A stretch of 64,000 bases of DNA from Gemmatimonas sp. GTDB lineage: Bacteria; Gemmatimonadota; Gemmatimonadetes; Gemmatimonadales; Gemmatimonadaceae. Positions 9,498 to 18,969 of this stretch are shown piece by piece. The stretch lies in assembly GCA_965279375.1 (NCBI GenBank), contig OZ257156.1, forward strand, positions 1,280,001-1,344,000, read 5' to 3'. Below the pieces are notes generated by a model. That model ran no database searches. It worked only from the letters and a program-made list of their open reading frames with translations, and was not told where the DNA came from. The position numbers and the translations under genes are program-made. Numbering within the stretch: position 1 is the stretch's first letter; each line of letters starts with the position of its first letter.

Positions 9498-9812
9498 GTG
9501 CAGCGCCGCTTGCCCACGCATCGGCCCCCGACGCATCCCGGCGAGATGCTGCTCGAGGAATTCCTCAAGCCGCTCGGGCTGTCGCAGTCCGCGTTCGCCC
9601 TGCAGCTCGGCGTGTCGTTTCCGCGCCTGAACGAGGTGATCCATGCGAAGCGCAGCGTCACGCCGGATACGGCGTTGCGGCTCGCCCAGGTCACGGGCAT
9701 GAGCGCGGACTTCTGGCTCGGGCTCCAGCAGGACTGGGATCTGTGGCATGCGCTGCGCTCGAAGGAGGCCGCCCAGATCGCGCGCCTCAAGCCTTTGTCG
9801 CGCGCGAGTTAG
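9498..9812 (+). CDS. higA: HigA-family HTH antitoxin
   Basis: THPGEMLLEEFLKPLGLSQ...VTPDTALRLA...FWLGLQ; start approximate. Confidence 0.93.
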   Translation: MQRRLPTHRPPTHPGEMLLEEFLKPLGLSQSAFALQLGVSFPRLNEVIHAKRSVTPDTALRLAQVTGMSADFWLGLQQDWDLWHALRSKEAAQIARLKPLSRAS

Positions 9813-9828
9813 TCGGCCGATGACGGCT

Positions 9829-9938
9829 CGCTAACAGGGCGTTGCGGCAGACAGCGGCGTCATGGAGTGCTCCCTGTTCGCTGCGCTCACTGGTCGCGTC
9901 TTATTGAATGCCGCTGCTGCCGAACGCAATCGTTAGAT
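9829..9938 (+). repeat. attC family A
   Basis: CGCTAAC...GTTAGAT. Confidence 0.9.
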
Positions 9939-10215
9939 GGCGGCACGACGATTCTCGCACGAGGAACTCCCCGCGCAGCATCACTGCATCGACCCAGCTG
10001 CCAATGGTGTCGCGTTGACGAGCTAGTGATTGAACGTGGCCTCACGCTCGCACGCGAAGCAGACCGCGCTCGTCGACGACGCGGGTCCGCGCGCGCCTCG
10101 TCCCGCGATCGCGCCCGGCTGCGGTGTCGCACACGCCCTTGCGAGCGTTCGGGCGCGGTGGCCTATTGGAGAGGCGCGCGTCGCGCGCGCTGTGACAGGA
10201 CTCTTGGATTTCCGC

Positions 10216-10488
10216 ATGAACACTGCCCAGACGCTCGGCTTCGCCGCCACGTGGTTCACCTTCGGGATGGCGCGCATCGTGTTCACGTCCCGAATGGTCG
10301 AACTCCGCACCGACCATCCGGATCCCACCCAAGCGGTCGCGTTCACGCGGGCGGCGGCCAAGCAGCGGGTCAACGCGGCGAACTATGATGCGCGCGGACG
10401 GCGCCTGCTGCCGTGGTATCGGGCCGTCACGACCACCTACTGGTGCCTCGTGGCCGGCGCGTGCTGGGGCGCGGTGCATTTCCGCTAA
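10216..10488 (+). CDS. Small 2-TM hypothetical protein
   Basis: Best ORF in cassette; two hydrophobic segments. Confidence 0.55.
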   Translation: MNTAQTLGFAATWFTFGMARIVFTSRMVELRTDHPDPTQAVAFTRAAAKQRVNAANYDARGRRLLPWYRAVTTTYWCLVAGACWGAVHFR

Positions 10489-10601
10489 GCGTCGGCGTCA
10501 TGGGCCCGCGATGCGCGCGCTGCGTCTGTCTGCCAAGGGCGGGCCATTCCGGTGCCGGGGCCAGTCGGCGCGGCGGCGAGATCACGCCGTCAACCGCCGA
10601 C

Positions 10602-10712
10602 ATCTAACCTTGCGTTGCTGCAGACAGGGCCTTCAAGGAGTGCCACCTTGCTCGCTGCGCTCGCTGGTGGCATCCTGTTGAAGGGCCCTGCAGCAGAACG
10701 CGAGCGTTAGGT
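10602..10712 (+). repeat. attC family A
   Basis: ATCTAAC...GTTAGGT. Confidence 0.92.
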
Positions 10713-10746
10713 AGCGCTTCGACGGCTTGAGACGCAGACTTTTCCG

Positions 10747-11523
10747 ATGCTCGCTCACGCGCGTCGTGTCCTAGTCATCGTACTCGGTGTCTGCCTGTGG
10801 GCGGTCAGTTTGCCGACGCGGGCGCTCGCGCAGCAGGCGGCGTTGCTCGGGACGGTCTTGGAGGACTCGACGGAGCGGCCCATCGTCAACGCTGAGATCG
10901 CCATCCCTGCGCTGCAGCGTCTGGTGCGCAGCGACTCGGCCGGCAACTTCAGCCTCAGCGGCATTCCGTCGGGCGTATACCGGGTGACGGTGCGCGCCGT
11001 CGGCCGTGCCCCGCTGCAGGAGACGATTGCATTTGGGACGGCCGGGCGGATTGAACGCGATTACCTCCTCGCCCGCGCCACGACAACGCTCGAGCAGGTG
11101 GACGTGCGGGCGGACGCGACCGTGGAGGATGTTCGCTTGGCCGAGTTCCATGCGCGCCGACGGTTCGGCACCGGGCGGTTCGTGACGCAGGAGGTGTTGG
11201 CGCAAGCGGACGGGCGGGCACTAGCCGACGTGCTGGCGAGTCGCATTCCCGGGCTGCGCAGCGAGTCGATGGGGGGCAACCAACGCGCGATGGTCAGTGC
11301 CCGGGGGGTGATCAGCTTCCGCAGTCAGCGCTGCTACGTGAAGGTCATGGTCGACCGCATCCTGCGCTACAACGGCACCCCCGACCCCCTGTTCGACATC
11401 AACACGCTCGATCCGGCGACGCTCGTGGGGGTGGAGTACTACACGACCGCGCAAGTGCCCGCCGAGTTCAACGGCACAGGCTCACCGTGTGGCACGCTCG
11501 TGATTTGGACGCGCATGCGCTAA
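10747..11523 (+). CDS. Carboxypeptidase-regulatory-like/plug-like protein (copy 2)
   Basis: Paralog of 2675..3451. Confidence 0.8.
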   Translation: MLAHARRVLVIVLGVCLWAVSLPTRALAQQAALLGTVLEDSTERPIVNAEIAIPALQRLVRSDSAGNFSLSGIPSGVYRVTVRAVGRAPLQETIAFGTAGRIERDYLLARATTTLEQVDVRADATVEDVRLAEFHARRRFGTGRFVTQEVLAQADGRALADVLASRIPGLRSESMGGNQRAMVSARGVISFRSQRCYVKVMVDRILRYNGTPDPLFDINTLDPATLVGVEYYTTAQVPAEFNGTGSPCGTLVIWTRMR

Positions 11524-11573
11524 GGTCGCGTCCTCCTGGTGCGGCCGCGGCATCACGCATCGCGTCACGCGCT

Positions 11574-11692
11574 ACCTAACCTCACGTTGGTGCAGACAGC
11601 CGCTCAGCGGTGCGCCGTGTAACTGCGGCGCTGGCGCGCCTCCGTTCACGGCTTCCTATTGGAGCGGCTGCTGCACAACGTAAGCGTTAGGC
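11574..11692 (+). repeat. attC family B
   Basis: ACCTAAC...GTTAGGC. Confidence 0.92.
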
Positions 11693-11750
11693 ATCTCGCG
11701 GCTAATCCGGCGCAACCCAATACTCGATGCGCTTTCCCGGAGTGCTCCCG

Positions 11751-12098
11751 ATGTCCTACATGCGCTTTCCGACCTACATCTGGCAGGACCACGCGCGCGT
11801 GCACTTCTGGGTGCCGGACGGCGCGGACGGATGGGAGGAGTCTGGCTGGGGCTACGCTGTGCGCGAGTCCACCGACGTCGCGCACGCGACCGACGCTCAC
11901 CCCGGTGGCGTCGGAGTACCCCAAGATGTCGTCGATGCGTTCGTCATGATGCGCGTCGCGGAGCTCGTGCGCGACGGCCACATCGACACGGCGATTGATC
12001 GAGCGCTCGCGCAGGCCGGCAATGGGGGCAGTTTGGCGCTAGTCGAGCATGCCGACACCCTCCGGCAGGCCCTCAAGGGGATCGTCCCCACCCCGTAA
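11751..12098 (+). CDS. Hypothetical protein
   Basis: GGAG RBS; normal amino-acid composition. Confidence 0.7.
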   Translation: MSYMRFPTYIWQDHARVHFWVPDGADGWEESGWGYAVRESTDVAHATDAHPGGVGVPQDVVDAFVMMRVAELVRDGHIDTAIDRALAQAGNGGSLALVEHADTLRQALKGIVPTP

Positions 12099-12099
12099 G

Positions 12100-12128
12100 T
12101 TGACCATCGTATATGCCTGGCATATACT
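12100..12128 (+). promoter_or_regulatory. Promoter with overlapping palindromic operator
   Basis: TTGACC-17-TATACT; GTATATGCC-T-GGCATATAC at 12109-12127. Confidence 0.8.
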
Positions 12129-12134
12129 TCACGG

Positions 12135-12473
12135 GTGACCGACGCGATCGACGCGCTGCTGGCCAGCGCCACCGGGTTCGACTGGGATGCGGGGAACGCC
12201 CCCAAGGTGCAGGCGCGCCACCAAGTGGATCCCGGCGAGTGTGAGCAGGCGTTCTTCGTGGATCCCTTCATTGTGGCCGCCGATGCGACGCACTCGCAGC
12301 GCGAAGCCCGCTGGTACGCGCTCGGCCGGACCTTCGCGAATCGATACCTGTATCTCGTCTTTACGATGCGCGGATCGCTGATTCGAGTGATCAGCGCGCG
12401 TCCCATGAACCGGAAGGAGCGCCGAGTCTATGTCCAAACCCAAGCACGTGAAGAAGGCGATCCCGCGCGCTAA
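12135..12473 (+). CDS. brnT: BrnT-family toxin
   Basis: FDWDAGN..K...H...E.R...LG...VFT.R...IRVISARPM.RKER. Confidence 0.92.
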   Translation: MTDAIDALLASATGFDWDAGNAPKVQARHQVDPGECEQAFFVDPFIVAADATHSQREARWYALGRTFANRYLYLVFTMRGSLIRVISARPMNRKERRVYVQTQAREEGDPAR

Positions 12474-12735
12474 GTCGGAGGAGGCGGAGCGCGAGTTTTG
12501 GGCGACTGCGGACTCCACCGAGTACGTCGACTGGACCGCGGCGCGTGCAGTCAGGTTTCCGCTGCTCAAGCCGTCCACAACGGCGATCTCCGTGCGGTTG
12601 CCGGACACGTTGCTGACGGAGCTCAAGATCCTCGCGAACGAGCGCGACGTGCCGTATCAGAGCTTGCTCAAGGTGTATCTCGCCGACCGTATCGCGACGG
12701 AGCGACGGCAACAGCGGCGCAAGCTCGAAGCCTAA
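12430..12735 (+). CDS. brnA: BrnA/CopG-like antitoxin
   Basis: EREFW...D..EY.DW...ISVRLP...VPYQSLLK. Confidence 0.88.
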   Translation: MSKPKHVKKAIPRAKSEEAEREFWATADSTEYVDWTAARAVRFPLLKPSTTAISVRLPDTLLTELKILANERDVPYQSLLKVYLADRIATERRQQRRKLEA

Positions 12736-12868
12736 CCTTGCGTTGCTGCAGCAAACGCTGCCGGCATCGGCGTGGCGACCGCGGGGCGTTCGCTGTAACC
12801 TCACAGGGCGGTGCGAACGCCCCGCTTGCGTCCGTGTGGGCGTTTGCTGCAGAACGCGAGCGTTAGAG
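12730..12868 (+). repeat. attC, atypical long singleton (139 bp)
   Basis: GCCTAAC...GTTAGAG; inner stem gcggggcgttcgc/gcgaacgccccgc. Confidence 0.88.
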
Positions 12869-13094
12869 AGCGAACCGCGAATCCGTGATTGTTTGAGGGG
12901 CGAGTGCGGCATCGCTGCGTCGGCAAGCGACGTATCCGCGGCCTTCGTGCGTGTCTGGGAGCACCGCGCCAGCCGACCGCCCCAACGGTCACTGGCGCGC
13001 CGGCCCGGGGGGCCGCCGACTTCCCGCGTGTCGACCCGATTCGCCCGAACGAGCCCTGCTGTCGGTCCCCAATCCAGCGCGCTAGGATTCATCC

Positions 13095-13331
13095 ATGCCG
13101 ACCGTGCTGCGGGTGGAGGGGTATCGGTTCTTCTTCTACAGCAATGAGCGGGGCGAGCCCGCCCACATTCATGTAGAACAGGCCGAGCGGTACGCCAAGT
13201 TCTGGCTCGCCGATGTCACCCTGGCCGAATCCCGCGGTCTTCGGAGTGCGGAGCTCTCGGCGCTCCGTCGGCTGGTGTTTGCACATCGCATTCAGCTTCA
13301 GGAGGCGTGGGATGGGCACTTCAGCCGTTAA
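13095..13331 (+). CDS. DUF4160 protein (TA component, copy 1)
   Basis: MPTV....GYRFFFYSNE..EP.HIHV...AKFWL. Confidence 0.92.
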   Translation: MPTVLRVEGYRFFFYSNERGEPAHIHVEQAERYAKFWLADVTLAESRGLRSAELSALRRLVFAHRIQLQEAWDGHFSR

Positions 13332-13554
13332 GATCGAGCCGCTGGTCGTCGCGGTCACCTGCTCGGACGTCGCCCTCCGGGTCGAACTCGCGGATGGGCG
13401 CGAGATCGTCGCCCCCTTAGAGTGGTTCCCGCGCCTGCGCGACGCGACCGCAGCGCAGCGCGCGAATTGGCGCCCGATCGGCGGCGGCGTCGGCATGCAT
13501 TGGCCGGAGCTGGACGAAGATCTCTCGGTCGCCGGGCTCCTCGCGACGCACTGA
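13312..13554 (+). CDS. DUF2442 protein (TA component, copy 1)
   Basis: L.DGR....PL.WFPRL..AT...G.G.HW.ELDEDLSV.GLL. Confidence 0.92.
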   Translation: MGTSAVKIEPLVVAVTCSDVALRVELADGREIVAPLEWFPRLRDATAAQRANWRPIGGGVGMHWPELDEDLSVAGLLATH

Positions 13555-13580
13555 CGCCACTCCGGCGTCGTTTGTTCGCT

Positions 13581-13690
13581 CTCTAACCTTGCGTTGCGGC
13601 TGACAGGGCCTTCACGGAGTGCTCCCTGTTCGCTGCGCTCACTGGTCGCCTCCTGTTGAAGGGCCCTGCAGCCGAACGCGAACGTTAGGC
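13581..13690 (+). repeat. attC family A
   Basis: CTCTAAC...GTTAGGC. Confidence 0.92.
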
Positions 13691-13745
13691 AGCAGTACTG
13701 CGCTTTCACATTCTGATACTTCACGCGCGTCATGGCGGAGTCGGC

Positions 13746-14354
13746 ATGAGTGCTCGCAACGGCGTCTGGCCGCGTCGCGTGGTCACGTGGATCGCTCTCG
13801 GCGGGCTGGTCGCGTGCGGCGGCGATCGTTCTGAAGCGCAGCCGGACGGCCCCGTGGGGCTGTCGCTTCTGGATCGCGTGCCGCTCTCGACCACGCCGGC
13901 ACTCGCGGTGATGACGCCCGCTGTGCAGCGCGGTGTCACGCGGGTTTCCGCGGAGCGCGCGAGTGACTTCGTCACGGTGCAGCAAGGGGCGTCCGCCCCA
14001 GACAGTCTCCAGTTGCCGCGCTTGCGCCGATGGGGGGCAACGCGGTCCGAGCCGGTGCTCACACGCTTTCTCGACGACTCGCTGGTGGCGGTGATTCACG
14101 CGGATGTCGAGGGTGCGCCGCCGCCGTCGCGTAGTGCACACTATCTCTCGCTCGTAAATGTACGAACCGGACAGGTCTGTCTCGACCTCCCGTTGCCGGT
14201 CCGTGCAGTGCGGCCGCCGCACTTTGCCTGGCAGGCCGATACCCTCATCGCCACGGTGCCGACCACCGAAACGAGCGGAGGCGCCGCGGAGCGCGTCCGC
14301 TTCGCGTTGGATGCGGCGAAGTGTCCGTGGAACTACGTGGCCCGCGCGCGATGA
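13746..14354 (+). CDS. Hypothetical lipoprotein
   Basis: GGAG RBS; LVAC lipobox. Confidence 0.75.
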   Translation: MSARNGVWPRRVVTWIALGGLVACGGDRSEAQPDGPVGLSLLDRVPLSTTPALAVMTPAVQRGVTRVSAERASDFVTVQQGASAPDSLQLPRLRRWGATRSEPVLTRFLDDSLVAVIHADVEGAPPPSRSAHYLSLVNVRTGQVCLDLPLPVRAVRPPHFAWQADTLIATVPTTETSGGAAERVRFALDAAKCPWNYVARAR

Positions 14355-14374
14355 GGTCGGCGTGGGGCACTGCT

Positions 14375-14485
14375 GCCTAACACGGCGTTGCGGTTGACAG
14401 GGCCATTAAGGATGGTGGCCTGTTCGCTGTCGCTCACTGGCCACAACTTATGGAAGGGCCCTGCAACCGAACGCAATCGTTAGAT
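14375..14485 (+). repeat. attC family A
   Basis: GCCTAAC...GTTAGAT. Confidence 0.92.
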
Positions 14486-14626
14486 GGCGGCTCAGAGACT
14501 GGTGTGATCGCGAGCGAGTAGTGCGAGATTGTGTGAGTGGTGTTGCGGGAATCCGGCATTGTGGTGTCGGTCGTCTGTCGCTGGTGGCGCCCTACAAGCT
14601 TCGTGACTTCCAATGGGAGGTGTGTA

Positions 14627-14920
14627 ATGGCCGAAACGCAGGACGTGCCGCGTGCAGCGACGTCCCCGGAAGGCCGCGTCCTGCGTCTCGTCGGGGCACT
14701 GATTGCGGGGATTGACCTCGTGCTCGCGTGGTCTGACAAGCGCGCTGGGCACGCCGTGCCGTGGAGCGCGTGGGCGAAGCCGCTCTGGCTGGTGGCCCTG
14801 CTGGTGCTCGCGGAACCGAGCGTCGCGCAGCGCTGGCCGCAACGACAGCGCGTCGGCGTAGTCGTGCTGGGAGTGGTCGGGGTGTGTCTCGTCGTCTTGC
14901 GCCTCGCCACGCGCGACTAG
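14627..14920 (+). CDS. Small 3-TM membrane protein (family copy 2, divergent)
   Basis: Shares EGRVLR.VGALIAGIDL...AVPW.AWA.PLW with 7286. Confidence 0.8.
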   Translation: MAETQDVPRAATSPEGRVLRLVGALIAGIDLVLAWSDKRAGHAVPWSAWAKPLWLVALLVLAEPSVAQRWPQRQRVGVVVLGVVGVCLVVLRLATRD

Positions 14921-15134
14921 TCGCGCAGTCGCGCGCACTTCGGCGAATCCGCAAACCATTGTGCGCCGTGACGCGCTCTCCCGCTCGGGCCGGTCCGACA
15001 ACGCAAGGTCGCACTGACCGACCGGACCTCCCCGCCGATGCCGGGGCCGTGTGACGGTGTCCGGTTCGCGTTCCCGCGAGTTCGCACCGCGCGACGGGCC
15101 CGCGCACGCGCGACATCACGCACGACTTGCCGCC

Positions 15135-15253
15135 ATCTAACCTCGCGTTGTTGCAGCCAGCCGCTCAGCGGTGCGCCGTGTAACTGCGGCGCTGGCGCGC
15201 CTCCGTTCACGGCTTCCTATTTGAGCAGCTGCTGCAAAACGCAATCGTTAGGC
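15135..15253 (+). repeat. attC family B
   Basis: ATCTAAC...GTTAGGC. Confidence 0.92.
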
Positions 15254-15406
15254 AACACGCCAAGATCTCTACCGTACGAATGACCGGTGTGGCCATTCCA
15301 CCACATGGTGAACCCTCTGGGCGGCGACATGGGTATGCGTACCGTGTCTCAGCCTCCCCGAAGCCGCGCTCTGAAGCGCGAATTCACCAGTGAAATCTCC
15401 CCCCCA

Positions 15407-15808
15407 ATGCCACGTTCGCCCGTTCCCTCCGCGCAGGTTCCTCGTCGCCAACTTGCGACGCTCGCTGGCCTTGCCCTTGGCACGCTCTTCGTCTCGGCGT
15501 GCGCCGACAAGGTGGTCGCGGTTTGCACGTCTGATCCGGTACGCCTCAGCGTCACGCCATCGTCTCGAACGCTCGGCGTCGGAGAGACCGTCGTTCCGAC
15601 CGTCGTCGCACGCAAATGCGGTGGCATGGTGGACACGCCGTTCCTCGGCGATTGGGTGGCGCGCGATACCCTCGTGGCAACGGTCGATAGCCGGACGGGG
15701 CGCACGACCGCCCGTCAGGCTGGGCAAACGCAGATCGTGGCGCGGTACTTCGATCGGCCCGACGCACCCACGTTCAGCGCCGATTCCATGGCGCTCATCG
15801 TCCGGTAG
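15407..15808 (+). CDS. Ig-like (Big_2-type) domain lipoprotein
   Basis: VSAC lipobox; VTPSS.TL.VGET...W...D..VATVD...G...G.T.I.A; start uncertain. Confidence 0.75.
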   Translation: MPRSPVPSAQVPRRQLATLAGLALGTLFVSACADKVVAVCTSDPVRLSVTPSSRTLGVGETVVPTVVARKCGGMVDTPFLGDWVARDTLVATVDSRTGRTTARQAGQTQIVARYFDRPDAPTFSADSMALIVR

Positions 15809-15896
15809 GCGTAAATCCTTGGTGGGTGTCCATACAGGATCGTCCGCCACCGGTGCGATGGGGCGAGACCCATGTCGGCGTGGTACCGACCGTGTT

Positions 15897-16006
15897 GCCT
15901 AACAGTGCGTTGCTGCAGTCGGCGGCTTCAAGGATTGCTCCCTGTTCGCTGCGCTCACTGGTCGCAACCTATTGAAAGCCGCCGCTGCAGAACGCAATCG
16001 TTAGAG
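15897..16006 (+). repeat. attC family A
   Basis: GCCTAAC...GTTAGAG. Confidence 0.92.
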
Positions 16007-16038
16007 AGCCCACCGCCCCCACATCCAAACATCGGCTC

Positions 16039-16743
16039 GTGAACCTCGCGGTCTTCGATATCGACGGCGCGCTGCTCAACAATCTGGCCGGGGAAGACGC
16101 GTGCTACGCGCAGGCGCTACGCGAGCAGTTGGCGCTGGAAGACCTCGACACCGACTGGGCCAGTTACGAGCACGTGTCCGACGATGGCATCGCGACCGAG
16201 GCCTACGCGCGGGCGTATGGATGCCCCCCGACCGCCGTGCTGCGTACCGCGACGATTGATCACTTCGTGGCGCTCCTGCGCGCGGCTCATGTGTCGTCCG
16301 CGCCGCTGGTTGCCTTGCGCGGTGCGCACGAGTTGCTCACCGCGCTCCCGGCGCGCCGGTGGGCGGTCGCGTTGGCGACCGGGGCGTGGCGTCGCGCAGC
16401 GGAGTACAAGCTCGCGGCGGCGGGACTGCCGATCGCCGACGTGCCGCTGGCGACGTCGGAAGATGGTCCGGCCCGCGTGGCGATCGTCACCAGCGCCATC
16501 GCACGCGCGCAGGCTCAGTGGGGCGTCCCCGAGTTTGCCCGCGTGATCGCGATCGGCGATGGGGTCTGGGACGTGCGGGCGGCAGAGGCGCTCGCCCTAC
16601 CGTTCGCTGGGGTGGGCGTGGGGCCATCGGTCGCTCGCTTGCGCGGAGCGGGGGCATCGCACATCATCGCGGACTACGCGGATCTGGCGGGCACGCTCCG
16701 AGTGTTCGACGAGGTGCAAGTTCCTCGCAGGGCGGCTCTCTAA
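16039..16743 (+). CDS. HAD-superfamily hydrolase (copy 3; DIDGA variant)
   Basis: Paralog; motif I Thr replaced by Ala. Confidence 0.88.
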   Translation: MNLAVFDIDGALLNNLAGEDACYAQALREQLALEDLDTDWASYEHVSDDGIATEAYARAYGCPPTAVLRTATIDHFVALLRAAHVSSAPLVALRGAHELLTALPARRWAVALATGAWRRAAEYKLAAAGLPIADVPLATSEDGPARVAIVTSAIARAQAQWGVPEFARVIAIGDGVWDVRAAEALALPFAGVGVGPSVARLRGAGASHIIADYADLAGTLRVFDEVQVPRRAAL

Positions 16744-16847
16744 CCCGGCGTTGCGGCAGTCAGGGCCTTCAGGGATGGCTCCCTGTTCGCTGCGCTCACT
16801 GGTCGCATTCTATGGAAGGGCCCTGCAAGCGAACGCGGTCGTTAGAT
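16738..16847 (+). repeat. attC family A (chimeric arms)
   Basis: CTCTAAC...GTTAGAT; left and right L-region arms mismatched. Confidence 0.88.
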
Positions 16848-16856
16848 GGCGCCCTG

Positions 16857-17225
16857 ATGTTGAACCACAACCCGAGCACTCCGATGCGGTTGCACCCGAC
16901 GGCGGTCTTTGCGATGGTCGGGTTGCTGTTCATCGTCATGGCGCTGCCGCTCATCCGGCGCCGCGTCCCGCCGTACGGCCTGTACGGCGTCCGCATTCCC
17001 GCGACCCTCGCCGACGAGGGCGTGTGGTACGCGGTGAACGCGCAGAGTGGGCGCGACCTGCGCCTCCTGGGCGCGGTGGTGGTCGTACTCGCGCTCGCGG
17101 TGTGGGCGCTGGGATGGCCGGTGTCGCGGCAGCTGCTGGTCCTGCTCGCGGCCCTCACCGGTGGCACGCTCGTGGGCGTCGGGCGCGCCTTCCGTCATGC
17201 GAACCGCCTTCCGCGCGAGCGGTAG
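16857..17225 (+). CDS. SdpI-family membrane protein (copy 1)
   Basis: GLYGVRIPATLADEGVWYAVN flanked by TM helices. Confidence 0.85.
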   Translation: MLNHNPSTPMRLHPTAVFAMVGLLFIVMALPLIRRRVPPYGLYGVRIPATLADEGVWYAVNAQSGRDLRLLGAVVVVLALAVWALGWPVSRQLLVLLAALTGGTLVGVGRAFRHANRLPRER

Positions 17226-17363
17226 TGCGACCGTCACCGCCGGCCTAGTGCCTATATGCGCGTGCGTCGAGCGCGGCACATCTGACGCTTGGCCGCGTTC
17301 GGCGTATACCGTACCACCGAGCCGCCGATGGTCAGACAGTCCCCTTGCTGACGGAGTGCCCGC

Positions 17364-17816
17364 ATGCCTCGTGTGACGCTTCGACTCGTGTGTGGCCTCG
17401 CTGGCGTGTTCGCCGCGCCACTGCTCGCCTAGGCCCAGGCACGAGATATGGGGATGTCCTTGGGTGCGGAACTCTTCGCGCCGGCGATACGGCTGCGCCT
17501 CGAGCGGTTCCAAGTCGGGCTCGGCGTGGGCGCGCGAGGGATCACCGCAGACAGTCTGCGCGTCCCTGCGACGGCGGACAGCACCGCGCGCCTGCCCGCA
17601 TTCCGTCGCGCCCGCTCCCCGTACGACACGCCGTCCGTATCCGGGAGCGATGCGCCGACACTCATCGAGTGTCCGATGCCCATCGCCGCGCGGAGTCGAG
17701 GCGAGACGGCGGCGATGCCGGTATGGCGTGCGGACAGTCTCGTCGAACGCCGCAGCGTGCCGTCCGCCCAAGTGCGTGCGTGTACGAACGCACTCGGCCC
17801 AGCTCCCACGCGCTAA
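17364..17816 (+). pseudogene. Secreted hypothetical protein with nonsense codon
   Basis: In-frame TAG at 17430-17432 where paralog 35147..35599 has CAA. Confidence 0.75.
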
Positions 17817-17833
17817 GGGAGCGGCGCGCCGCC

Positions 17834-17944
17834 ATCTAACCGTGCGTTGCGCTTGACAGGGCCGTTAGAGATGGCGGCCTGTTCGCTTGCGCTCACTGGC
17901 CGCAATTCATGGAAGGGCCCTGCAAGCGAACGCGCTCGTTAGCT
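17834..17944 (+). repeat. attC family A
   Basis: ATCTAAC...GTTAGCT. Confidence 0.92.
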
Positions 17945-17970
17945 ATCACATCACCTTTCAGGCTTCGCCA

Positions 17971-18681
17971 GTGTTACCCTCAGCGATCGAGACTGCATTT
18001 CAGCAGGATGGCTACGTCATCACACCGGATGCGGTCGCGCCGGGTGACGTCGATGCGCTGCTCGAGGCGATCGGGCCGATGGCGGCTGCGCGTGAAAGCG
18101 CACGCGGTGGTGTCCGCCACCTGCTGCGCGACGCGCCGGCCGTTCAAGCACTTGCCCGCCATGCGACCGTCCGCGCGATCGCGGAAGCGGCCGTCGGACC
18201 CGGCGCGATCGCCGTTCGCGGCATCCTCTTCGATAAGACGCCTAGCGCCAACTGGAAGGTCATCTGGCATCAGGACCTGACCATCGCCACTCAGGCCCGC
18301 GGAGACGTTGACGGGTTCGGGCCGTGGAGCGAGAAGGAAGGAATACCCCACGTCCAGCCGCCTGCGGCCCTCCTCCGGGAGATGGTCGCAGTGCGCGTTC
18401 ATCTCGACGACTGCACGATCGAGAACGGGCCCGTCCGTGTCATTCCAAGGTCACATCGTCACGGTCGGCTCACGGCGGCCGAAACTGATCAGATCAGGAC
18501 CGAGGGACCCGAGGTCGTCTGCACGGTTCCGCGCGGTGGGATTCTCGCCTTCCACTCACTCTTGCTCCATGCCTCCTCCCAGGCGCTGGTCCCTCACCAT
18601 CGGCGAGTGATCCATTTGGAGTATGTCGCCCGCCGTTGGGCGAATCTGCCGGGCGGCCTCGCTTGGTACGAGCAGCACTAG
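17971..18681 (+). CDS. Phytanoyl-CoA dioxygenase (PhyH)-family 2OG-Fe(II) oxygenase (copy 1)
   Basis: WHQD, HLDD..NGP.RVIP.SH, LLHAS, RR..H. Confidence 0.9.
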   Translation: MLPSAIETAFQQDGYVITPDAVAPGDVDALLEAIGPMAAARESARGGVRHLLRDAPAVQALARHATVRAIAEAAVGPGAIAVRGILFDKTPSANWKVIWHQDLTIATQARGDVDGFGPWSEKEGIPHVQPPAALLREMVAVRVHLDDCTIENGPVRVIPRSHRHGRLTAAETDQIRTEGPEVVCTVPRGGILAFHSLLLHASSQALVPHHRRVIHLEYVARRWANLPGGLAWYEQH

Positions 18682-18711
18682 CACTTGGATGGACAGCTGG
18701 TCCCGTGTGCT

Positions 18712-18822
18712 AGCTAACCTTGCGTTGCTGCTGACAGGGCCTTCAAAGATTGCTCCCTTGCTCGCTCCGCTCGCTGGTCGCAACTTGTTGAAGGGCCCTG
18801 CAGCAGAACGCGATCGTTAGGT
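18712..18822 (+). repeat. attC family A
   Basis: AGCTAAC...GTTAGGT. Confidence 0.92.
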
Positions 18823-18969
18823 GGCTCTCTCAAGCAACGAAACACAGCCAGAGTTCTCGCCAAGACGTCCGCAAAGTGCCTGGCTAAGCCTCTTGAGCTC
18901 TGCAGGAGGCACCAATCTCGGCAAGGTCAGCCTCTTGTCCTCACTCCCCCTCAGCGATCAGGAGCACGC

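Noticed and set aside
17430..17432. Programmed amber readthrough or pyrrolysine
   Set aside because: The paralog has Gln at this position and other genes use TAG as a normal stop; a nonsense mutation is simpler
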